A stretch of 64,000 nt of DNA from Takakia lepidozioides (taxonomy: Eukaryota; Plantae; Bryophyta). The notes beneath the pieces are model-generated. The model searched no databases, was not told where the DNA came from, and saw only the letters and a list, made by a program, of their open reading frames with translations. The position numbers and the translations under genes are program-made. Below, in pieces: positions 24,571 through 36,000 of the stretch. The first letter of the stretch is position 1; each line of letters starts with the position of its first letter. The DNA is taken from contig CM060734.1 of the NCBI GenBank assembly GCA_030704615.1, positions 14,756,001 through 14,820,000 on the forward strand. Direction: 5' to 3'.

Positions 24571-27500
24571 ACCTGGATCATTAGCTTGAGTATGGCTGAG
24601 CAGCGCAGACTGCGGTCATCTATAGTCACCACACTTCCCTTGACGGTCTCTCTGCCTACCGAGACGGTACAGACAGCGAGTGGGGGTGAGCAGGTGAGGA
24701 CCACGGGGTGCAGACATCTATGACATATGTGGGAGGTGCTCGAGGTTTAGAGGGAGTCGGCAGCCAAGGCGGCGGTGATGGATGAGATTGGGGATTCTTC
24801 TTGAGTTGATGAGGTCCTCAAGGATGAGATGATGAGGTAGGATGAGGCATTGTAATTGACAGAGCAGGTAGTGGTCACTGCTCAAGAGGTTGCAGCATAG
24901 CAACCACATGACACGTCTCCTACCTCTAAGTCGGCTGGACTTAAGGTTGCAGTTACGGAGGACAATTGGGAGCCTGACATTGGACCCATTGTCACCGGAA
25001 GAGAGAGACGAGGCATATGGCGGTTCCTGAGGGCTTACTGGAATTGTTTTGCTTTCAGTTTGAAGGACTTGGGAGCACTTAAGGGTCAGGAAATTCGTAT
25101 TGAGTTGGCCACTAACACGTCAATCTTTCGGAGACCCTATAGATACAGTGACATGGATAGGTCTTTGATTCAAATAAGGACTCAAGACCTTTGGGAGGCT
25201 GGTTTGGTGGAGCTCTCTGGTAGAGAGTATGCTTCAGCCACAGTGATGCCAGCCAAGAAAGATGTCTATGACAATTGGATGGAGAGACGTATGTGCGGTG
25301 ATTACCGGTCTGTAAATCGTCAGACCAAGTCCGATAAGTATGCCATGCCCACACCAGAGGAGATCTTTGATGCCATTGGGCATGCCAAGGTCTTTAGCAC
25401 TTTGGATTTACGATCCGGATATCACCAGTTGCCGATCAAGGAGGTGGACAAGCAGAAGACGACATTTTGGGGGATCATTGAGCATGGCAAGGATTGCCTA
25501 TATCACTGGCGGTTCTTACCATTCGGGCTTAAGAATGCTCCTGCAGAGTTCCAGATAGTCATGTACAGGATTCTAGCAGGGGTGGAGTTTGCTCGGTGCT
25601 ACATAGATGACATCATCATCTTTAGTGCTACAGTGGAGGAACATGAGAGACACCTTCAGGTGGTATTTGAGCAATTGAGGACGCACAGATTGAAGTTATA
25701 TCCGGGGAAGTGCAAGTTTTTCCACAACCAGATTGAGTATCTGGGTCACATGATATATCCTGGAGGATTGGGGACCTATAACATACTAATGTAGAGGCCA
25801 TTGCACAGATTCCACGCCCCACGGATGTGGGCCGAGTTCGAGCTTTCATGGGGTTGACAAACTATTTTGGACGGTTTGTCAAGGGATTTAGTGCTATTGC
25901 AAAGGCTCTAACCAAGCTTACCAAGGTGGACTAGGAGTGGGAGTGGGAAGATGAGTAAAAACGAGTTTTTCAAGAGCTCAAGGTGAGGTTGACCTCGACG
26001 TCTATCTTGAGACAACCTTTCAGGGGGTGCCACTTTCAGCTGCATATGGATTAGAGCATACTGGGGCTTGGAGCGGTGCTCACACAGGTGGATGATGAAG
26101 GAAGAGAGTTGTGGCTTAAACTAGCCACTCGAACAATGCTGCAGACGCTAAGTATCGCTCATATGAGGGAGAGTGTTTAGCTGCAGTGTGGGCCGTGGCA
26201 CACTTCAAGTGCTATCTATACGACAATCTCTTCACCCTTGTCACGGATCACCAGCCACTCAGGTGGTTGATGGAGTCAGACAAGCTACGGGGAAGCTTGC
26301 ACGGTGGGCACTCATACTCCAGGAGTATGACTTTCAGGTGGTGTATCGACTAGGTTTGGTCAATTGGGATGCGGATGGATTGAATCACAATCCATGCATG
26401 AGCCAGCAGGATGATACTGGAGCTCGGTGGTATGGTGAGACGGATGAGGAGATGGTGCCGGGATGACACACATCTGCATTTTTGTGTATCTTGGCAACAT
26501 GAGGCCAGATTGGACTTACGACAGGGATGACCGTAGACGGAGTGCAGTCTGAGGACCCTGAGGCTAGTGATGAGCCAGATGGTGCCAGAGATATACATGA
26601 GGATTCGGCTTTGTTGGACTACCTCTGCACGGGAGACACGACAACCACTGTGACTGCCAAGGAGAGGGATCAGATCCTACAACGAGCCAAGAGATTCAAG
26701 TGGGATGGGACACACCTGCTCCAAGTGTGGGAGGATGGTCGGGTGAGGATCGTGCCTCACCCAATACAGCATGCACGGTTAGTGCAGCATGCCCATGAGG
26801 AGTTGGGGGATTTTGGAGTGCGACGCACTCATAATCTACTGCAGGGGCAGTATTGGTGGCGTGACATGCACACAGAGGTGCAACAGTTCATGGCTAGGTG
26901 CATGGTGTGTGATAGGGTGCGTGCTTCATTCAACGCCCCTACACCACAACTACATCATCTTCCGATGATGAGATTAGGCTACAAGTGAAATCTTGACTTT
27001 GTAGGATCGTTGCCACCGACAATGCACCAGCACATAGATGTGTTGGTGATGGTGGAGCACTTTTCCAAGTGGATTGAGTTGGTTCCATTGCCTAACAAGG
27101 CAAGTGAGGGGGCTAAGTATGCATTCTTGGATTGTGTGCTTAGCCGATTCAGTGCTCCAGCTGAGGTACTCACGGACCAAGGGAGAGAGTTCTTGGGGGA
27201 GTTTCAGGCTTTGTGTGATAAACCCTTGATAGACCACCGCACCACTTCTCGGGATCATCCTGAGGCCGATGGCTTGGCAGAGAGAGTTGTGTAGACGGTA
27301 AAGAGGGGTTTACGCAAGTATGGCTTGCAGAAGAGACACCTAGGAGATTGGGATCTTCAGGTACCTTGGTTAGCCATGGGCTATAGGTTCAGCAAGCAAG
27401 CTTTACTTATCTCCATCTCACCATATTTCCTTCTCTTTGGCCGAGAGCCGGATTTGCTTGCAGCCATTCGTATGGACACTGCTCAAGTCCTTAACCTTGA

Positions 27501-27876
27501 CGATCCGGACGTGTGGGTACGTGCAGAGTTATTCAAGAAAGTTATGCCCATGGCTTTTGAGAACCTTGCCATTGCACAACACCGTGATACGTTGAGGTAT
27601 GCCACTATACGTAGTGAAAGATATCATCTTGGGGTTCGGAGGTTTAGCCCTGGTGACTATGTTTATTTGTAGCAGACTGCTCTTACGACCTTGGTTGTTA
27701 ATGCAAAATGTGTTATTTTGAGGGTTCGAGAGGTGCTGCCCTCAAGAGTCCTGATCTTGGAGGGTCGGGATGACATGACTTGGAAGGACCATGTGTGTAA
27801 TTGTCTGCCATGTCATCTTCCCGATGTCGATGGCATGATTGACCCAAACTTGGCAGTGGTACCTGCAGGTTTGAGG

Positions 27877-28020
27877 TGCATGTTGTGTGGGTCTGCCAAA
27901 TGGGCATCCGTTATGCTGGTGTGTGATCGATGCTAAAGAGGTTGGCACATGGGATGCTTAACACCACCTCTTGAGAAGGTTCGTGATAGGGATTGGTTAT
28001 GTCCACACTGCTTGGGATAG
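27877..28020 (+). pseudogene. PHD finger at the integrase C-terminus
   Basis: CMLC...MLVCDRC*RGWHMGCLTPPL...DWLCPHC is a C4-H-C3 pattern with the typical W; one internal TAA at 27934-27936. Confidence 0.88.
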
Positions 28021-30018
28021 TGACAAGTGGATATGACTAGTGGCAGCTAACAAGATATGGGAGGCCAAGCTCATATGAGTCAATACACGAGATCCCAGAC
28101 TCAAGTTCACAGGTTGCAAGACGGCGACTAACGATGGGGCTACGCTTGTACCCAGCCTCTTGATCTATCGAGTTTGAGTGTAGTAGGGATAGTGGTGGAG
28201 GACTTAGTGATGCTATAGCCACTATCACATCTTGTGGCTACCTAGACTTAGAGGGACCTAAGCACCAGCTCGGGGGGCGATTGTGGTGGACTAGTGGCTG
28301 GACTAGTGGTGGACTAGTGGTTGCCTAGTGGTGGACTAATGGCAGCCCAATGACTAACTAGTGGCTGCCTAGTGATTGCATAGTGGCACACACTAATGAC
28401 AGCCTAGTGATGGACTAGTGATAGACTAGTGTGTGATGTGCATATGTATTGTGTGGTTTTGAACAACGATGTAGTTGTGTAGCGATATGTATGCGCACGA
28501 CATCACGTCTGGGTTCACGGCGTTGATGATGGGGGACTGCCGAAATAAAAGAAGCCATCGCCAAATTATGAAGCAGCGAGGGGGAGATTCGGAGAGCAGG
28601 GCTTCATGGAAGAGATCGCCAAGGGGATGAAGATGGTGAAAAAGAGCGGAAGGTTGTGAAAGGGGGTGTGGAGGGGGGTGGAGAGGCGGGGGGGAGTGGG
28701 GTTGTAGGCTTGATGAGGCCATTAGTGCGAATTAATGGGGGACAACTTGGGAGACATGAGTAACACCAAGCCAGGGCCAAAGAAAGGAGATGGTTCAATT
28801 CGAAGTACAGGGGAGCCATGGCGGGTGAATAAGCAGGAGACAAGAAATCAAAGAGCGTCGACGGATGCCACTGGACCCATGAAGAATCTGAGCAGGGGAG
28901 AAAAACGAGGAGCCGTCACACCGCAACAGCCCTAAAGAAATGCCAGACAATGCAATTGCAATGAAGGATTGCAATGAAAGGCTGCAGAGAGAAGAGGCAC
29001 GGAAGCCCTAAAGAAGAAGGAGACAGAGGGGGGAAGATGAGAGGAAGTCGAACGTTTGTTGAGGTAAGTAAGCAGAGGGGTGGGAAAGCCCGAGCTGTTG
29101 AGCAGGACGACGAAAACCATCAGTCCCTACTGTGCAAGCTCAAAACGGTTAAGTCCCTGCAGGGGCTCCATCTCACCATTTCCTTCGCACGTGTTGTTTC
29201 CAAAATACCCCTTTCTTTTAAGGAAAAAAAAAAAAAAAAACACGTGCTCATGGCAGCGAAGGACAATAGTGGAAAGTATATTCTCTAGGTGCGACGTATG
29301 CATACGGTATATTCTCTAGATGACACGTATGAATACGGGATGGAGTAGGGGGAAGGTAGCTAGGTAGCTTTGTCGCGATGGTGTATTGGGAAGAAACGTT
29401 GTGGTGCCTGGCGGGTGCTCGTCTCGCATCGGGAAAGCAAGTAAAATTAGGCAGGATTACTGATATGCTTTGGCATCTATGCACAGTGTTGTGCTAGATC
29501 CTGTGCTGTATTTTAGGGTGCACAATGAAGGTTTTGGGGATGGATTATACACGGAGTAGAGTGTCACCAATTTCATTCGATCCGCCTTTGATTGTCAATC
29601 TTGCAAGGCTTGCGTCTGTGAGGAACTTGTTTGAGCATTCGATGTGCTTCGTTGTCTGAATAGCTGCGTTTCCCAGCGTGTATTGGTTGGAATGCCTAGG
29701 TCGGAAAATGAGACCCTAGAGCACTCGTGGCAGCAGAGTCGGAAATATAGCTGTAGCTAATCTTTGAATAGCAATCACAGGTTTTTGGGCTTCCTGCGTA
29801 GTGTTAACTTCAATCATTCTCCCATGAGGACGTTACACCGCATAGCTTGGCAGAATTGCGGTTGCGGTCTGTTCATTTCCAGGCCTGCTTGGTAGAAATC
29901 ATGTTATGTACGTGCATGGTTCTGGTAGCTTGCATTGATCGAGAAGATCTTAAGGAGCGGAAAATGTGGAACGCGGGGCAGGCAGATGTTTAGGCTTCGA
30001 CTGGGGGTAGGCATTAAA

Positions 30019-33000
30019 ATGTATACTGTGGGAAGATTAAGCAACTACATCTCACAGGGTGTTTACACCGTTGCGGGCCCATTTCATCCCTTTGGGGGTG
30101 CGGTTGATATTATCGTTGTGGAACAGGAGGATGGCACCTTCAAGAGCTCACCTTGGTATGTTAAGTTTGGAAAATTCCAGGGCGTGCTTAAGCAAAGAGA
30201 GAACGTGGTGGACGTGGCAGTGAATGATGTAGATGTCAATTGTCATATGTATTTGGATTCCAAGGGCGAAGCCTACTTTCTGAAGGATGCAGAGTCTGAC
30301 AATGAAGAGTCAATTTATTCGCCAACCAGTGCAGTAATATCTGGAGATGAAGTATCTGTTGATCCGATGGTGCTCGAAGCGGCGAAAGAGGGGGATGGGA
30401 CTAATGACAAGGTGATAGAAGATGATGGCGAGAAAGATGACAGTAGCGATGAAAAAGAAGGAGATTTGGAGTTGAGGTTTGAGGGCAGGAAAGCGTCTTA
30501 TTTGTTAGTCCAGCAGGTATTCCTCCTGCTTTTTGCTGTATTCAACTTACATTTTATGAGCAAATAGGTCAGGGTGGAGTGCAGATTTATGATCATCACC
30601 GTCGATTCTACCCCTTTTTTCATTCCTTTTCTCTTAGGAACTGGGTGCAAAACAAAGTGGTGACATCAATAATCAATTCCTTGTTACGGTTATTGGCTAG
30701 TGTTAAGTCGGGGTTAAGTTGCATGCTGTGGCGGTTCTGAACCTGACGCACATTATTTTCCGGGACTATGACTCCAAGGATATGGCGCTACAGAGAGGTG
30801 TCAATGACAACATCTGAAAACAAACACACAGTAAAAAGATAATCCACATGGGATGACACTTGTATAGCTAGAGAGAGCAACCTCTGTTGATTGATTGGAA
30901 GTGCCTACTTAAGGAGTTATGAAGTGGTCGGTGTTGACTGGCAACTAACTTTACAGATATTGAATAGTGAAGTCTACTTTTGAGACCGCATTGCGGAACT
31001 TTGTTTCCATATTCTCTACAGTGACCAATGAAGTATGCAATTTTGAAAGTATTTCTGCATTGGAAAGAATGTACTCATAAGACGTTGTTGGCCGTAGCCT
31101 TGTGGTCATTGACCCCGCGCCCAGTTTGAGCGGAAACCAAAGGGACAGAACCTACCTCTGTCAGGGGCTGACATTGGTAGTAAGACTTACCTTTATACAA
31201 AGAATTGATTCGGGTTTTCCCGATATCCTCTAGAAATCCCTTCACACAAGCATCAATCTGCTGTGTGTGATTTGCCCAAAAACTAGGCCTCAGAAGGGCC
31301 TGGGCTTTTGGCTCAGCCTCGAGACTTTCAAAGTTGGTAAACAGAGGTACAGGCACAATTCTCTTGATAGATTGGAGGAGAGCTTCTCTCTGTGAGAGTA
31401 CCGCGGACAGTGAATCAGAAAAATGAATATTCTTCGGGTTGCCCACACAACGGGCAATTGCACTCTCCCTTTCCTCTCTGCTTCTGTTTACTGTTCAAAG
31501 GTAGGCTTCCTGCCCTGAGTTTAAATTTCAGTCTGGTGCCGAGAGTGGGTAGACCTTGAGGGTCATCCATGATATCCTCCCCCATGTCACAGACTGGAAA
31601 CAGGTTCAGGGAAGTTTTCTGCCTAACTTCATTTGCATCAGACAATTTACTGGTAACAGACATGGCTTTGGACACTACAGTCTCTAAGTCAGATTTATCC
31701 AGCAAGGTCAAGACTGCGGGTCCAGATTCAGATCCTTGAGAATCTCTTCTACTCTCTTCTGCCAGGACTTAGCCTGTTTGACAGGGCGGTCCTGTTTCCA
31801 AGATATAGAGTCGATTAACTTAGGGTATCTGGTGTTGGACGTGTTGCAACTGACCCCACCATCTGACCTTGAATTCATCTCGTTGGGAGCTTAAGGAAGG
31901 CATGCCAAACTCACCCCAAACAGCCACATTGGCTGTTTTGGAGCATGCTGACATGCACTCCTTAAGCATTGGAAAGAAAGAGGAAAAGAAACCAATTGAA
32001 GCAGAGAAATATACTCATTGATAGTTTCCTGCACACTCTGTGTAATTTAAGGCATAATCTGCACTTTTTACCAAGCTTTGTCAAGGCCAATTGTGGGTTG
32101 AAGCAACAACGATATAAAATCCAGTCTGAAAATTGCAATAGCACTTGCAAACAACCAATCACACTAGGTTACATGGGATTGACTGTTGCTTCAAAAGCTG
32201 TCATGAACTACATGCAGTCTATTATGGTTTGATTTCTTGTGAAGGGAGAGAAAGCGGGTTGGTTGATATTCGACTGTCAGTCAAGTATGCACTTTCAAAG
32301 TGTCTCTTGCTTGATCTAGGGCATGCCCTTCGTAGTGTATGCCCTCCTTGTATGGTGCCTCAAAGCCCCAGATTATGTTCCTGCGGTGACTTTCAATCAG
32401 CCCTTCTATTCCCTCGGGAAAAGACTTAGGGACAAGGAATGAAGTTGCTTTCTAGCAGCAGGCTATATGCAATAACCAGAAGAAGAGGACTATGTTTTAT
32501 ATTGGCAGTGTAAATTCAGAATCTCGTGTGCGATTGGTTTGAGCAATAAAATTTTTCTGTAAGCTCATTTTGGGAGTCCAACTAAATAAGAGTTTTGACT
32601 GTTCTCTAATGTAAGCTCGGAACAATCTTGCAGGCTGCTGCTGAAGGTTCTGAGACAAGACTGCCCGGTGGCAAAGAGAACTGTGAACCTGGCACCACAG
32701 TCACCAGAAGTGAGCATGATGTGGAGGCTGTTGGGGAGGACTCTGATGAATTGCTCTCATCCCTTGCTGCTGTGAAGTTTGCTCAGGCACCCTTGGTGGA
32801 GGTGAAAGGCAGAGAGGGCGGGTCAGCAATTCATGCACTTCTCAATCATGCAGTGGGGCTTGATGATCCAAATGATTCAGGGCCTGCTGGTACTCTTGTG
32901 GCAAATGCTGCCTTGGCCTCAATTGCGAAAGCTGCCTCGACTGCTGCTTCCCTGCAAGCAGATGGGCGTCTCCAATCTCCTGTAGGAATGGTGGTTAAGT

Positions 33001-36000
33001 TACCTTCTATTGAAAGATTGGAGTCAGTCCAAGCTGATGCCAACAATAACAAAATAAATGTTATTCCAAGTAATGAGAATGCTGTCTTTCAGATAGATGG
33101 CTCAGATTCTCTGGATACACAATTGGCTGAAGGTGGTATGGACAAGAAGCCTAACATCCAATCAGGGCAGCTTCCAGAGAGTCTTGTGGACCTAAAACAC
33201 AGGGAGAGGAACTCTGATTTGGTTTATGAGAGTGGGGCATCTTCGCCTGAAAATTCAACCCTGATGATTGCTAGTGCAGATGGGGTGGTCATCCTCGAGA
33301 CACCCAGACAAAGGATTTTACCTCCATTTTTATTAGCAGAAGAGGAACTGCAAGAATATCAACCGCAGGTAGGTAGTCTATTGTCAAATGACAAACAGGA
33401 AGTGGAGGAACATCTGAAGGAAAATGCTTCAGTGTCGAAGGAAGAAAGGTGCAAGTCCCTTGAAGGTGCTATTGCTGGACATAATCCTGAAAATACAGAG
33501 GTTTTGGAATGTGGATTTAAGACTGGGATAGATTCTGCTGGTGATGTGAGGGTGAAGCGCAAGTTAAATAATGTGAATGATGCAATCATATCTAGTCGGA
33601 ATGCATCAGATGGTAAAATTGGCACAGGGCATGGAACTGGTGGGCTGGCAGATGTGGCTCAGCAAACAGATGGAATGGCTGGGGAGGAGTCTCCCAAGTC
33701 GAAGGGTTACTTCTTTCAGTTGGACCCCATGGTAGATGGTTATGATAGGGATGAATCACTTGGGAAGTTGACAACATCTGAGAGGGAGCAGAAGTATTCA
33801 GGAAAGGATGGTATGGTTGGCATAGTTTCGAAGGGGAGTCGTATTCCGGCATTCAAGGCCAGTGTTGAACCGATTTTGGAGAAGTGGCAGACAGCCATTA
33901 AAAAAGATGGGGAGCAGGAACCGCCAGAGAAGAAGCCAAGAACCTTGGAGGAAACAGAGGGTTTGGTGGAAGGCAAGGAGAGGCTAGATGCTTGTGCACG
34001 GCGGCAGGCAAGACTGTCTGCAGTTGAAGTGATTTCAAGCCCAAGGCTGAAGGCTGCAGTTGAGCGAGAGCTGGCATGGCGCGATGTGGTAGAGAAAGCA
34101 GCTGCTGCATTGAAGATTGCACCTCTTGCTGCCAAAAGTCACCAGCCTAATCATTCAGACAAAAAGACAGAATCTGGTGCATCAAAGACCTCACCCAAAA
34201 GATTAGAGGATCCTGATAGTTTGTCAAATAATTTAACTGGTCTCGAAACCTTAGATGGGACCTTGGATTCTTCAAATGCTTCACAGAGAAAGTCTGATTC
34301 GGAGCAAGCAGAAAAGAGGTCATGGAACTGGTGGGGCTGGAGAGGCAGTGCTCCCGCTCCCTCCAAGCCAAACTCTGAACAAGGTGATAAGACGGAATTG
34401 AAGGATGCCACAGAAGCAGCTGGCCTTGTGAAGGAGCTTAAAGGGACGGACCTCGATGCAGATGAGGCCAAAGCAATGTCTGTGAATGGACGTGAGCTGG
34501 ATAACCTTGGCTCAGGGATATGTAATGAAAGTGTGAAGGAGGAGGCTGACACAAGGTTGAAGGAAGTGGAGAGAGATGCAGAAGAGGCTGGCATTGTTGA
34601 AGATATTGGTTTGACACATCAAGAAGCATCTCGAAATGAGAGTGGTGCAGGGAGTGCTGTGTTAATGGACTATAGCAAGATCGAGCATGGGTCAATGGAG
34701 AAAAAAGCAAATGGGGATGAGAAGGATATTGACAAAGAGCAATTTCCAGCCGCCTTAAGGGTTGAAGCCCCATTGGTTGAGAAAGGTGGGAAATTGGAAA
34801 GTGGGAGCTCATTGGAAAGTGCTGAAAGTTCTAAAACTGAAAGTATAAATGACCTAGCATCTGCAGGTCGAAGGTCTCAATGGCAGTTGGAAGAGATGGG
34901 AGCTGTGGAAGACAGACAGTCAGATGTCCCCATGACATCAGCAACTTCAAATATGGAGGACATTAGATTGATAGAGGGTGTAGAAGGAATGGAAGAAACT
35001 ACTGGTGATAAGAGGGGCGATCAGGTAGGTGGGGATTTAAGCCAGGAATCTTGCTCTAATTCGGAACAACTAGGAGGGTGTAGTAGGCAAGCTATTGCAG
35101 AGGCCAGTGTTGTTGATAGCTCATCAGCAGTGCCCCTTTTGGAGCAGTCTGGGGATGAACCACCTGCAAGTTTGTTGGTGGAGGACAGTAGCTGTAGGGA
35201 CATTGTGAGTGGTGCAATGGAGCTTGGTTGTGGGGGTGATGCAGCAGGTGATAAATGGACCATTGACATCACAAACGAAAAGCGAATGAAGGAATCGGTG
35301 GGTGATAAATTCCAAGGTCCAAGTAGGAGGTACGAAAGCGGTTTAGATAGTGATGTTGGATGTGTGCATTTGGCCCCCAGTCTTGCTAAAAAAGTGAAGG
35401 AGTTGCCAAGTATGGATTTCAGGGATGAATCCGAAGTAACATGTATTGCAACAGAAGGGGACAAAGATGCAGCTTCAGGAGCTAGAATACATCCTCAACA
35501 TGCTGGAAGTAGTGGTGGTGAGCTCCTTTCTTCAGTTCCGTGTCGGGTGGTCTCACCAGTGGGCTGCAGGAAGGGGGTTTCCTTTGCTGGTTCTCTTAAC
35601 CATATGTCCTCGCAAGATGGATTGGAAGAAGAGGGTTTTTGCAATGACAGCTTTTCTCTTTCGAAGTCTCCTGTGACAGGGGTAGCAAAAGATCTCAACA
35701 GTAAGATCGTAACTGTGGGCCCGGAGATTGTAAGAACAAGTGTAGGTCGTGTTGTGACATCTCCCATGGATGCTGAAGACGAGTTGTGCTCAAAAACAGA
35801 GAGTGCACTGGTACGATCGACCACCTTAGCAACCAGTCCTGACAAAGATGGTATTTCTGAAGGGTTGTATGGTGAAGAGAAGCATGAATTGAAGAGAGAG
35901 GATCTTGCAGAGGAAGGCGATAAACAAGGAGGTTCTCCAAAGAATTCAATGCATTTGGCGTTCCCTGACAGCGATGAGGTTGTAGTAGATGGAGCACTCA

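Larger units (their letters stand above)
22322..28432 (+). mobile_element. 5'-truncated Ty3/gypsy LTR retrotransposon: gag - PR - DNMT - RT - RNase H - IN - PHD - PPT - 3'LTR (decayed)
   Basis: gag (LQEFQRKPIESLREAYTRM); protease VLLDSGAQ (~22941); RT RMCGDYRSVN, LDLRSGYHQ, LPFGLKNAP, YIDD (25060-25794); RNase H (~25800-26400); IN HHCC and LTDQGREF/HPEADGLAER (26780-27450); PPT GGGGGGCGA then TGTGGTGG at 28282 with ACTAGTGG repeats. Confidence 0.93.

Noticed and set aside
29935-30018. N-terminal extension of lipin from the ORF-track start
   Set aside because: The track start is TTG; family similarity begins at ATG 30019 (MYTVGRL). An upstream in-frame ATG at 29986 cannot be excluded but has no support.
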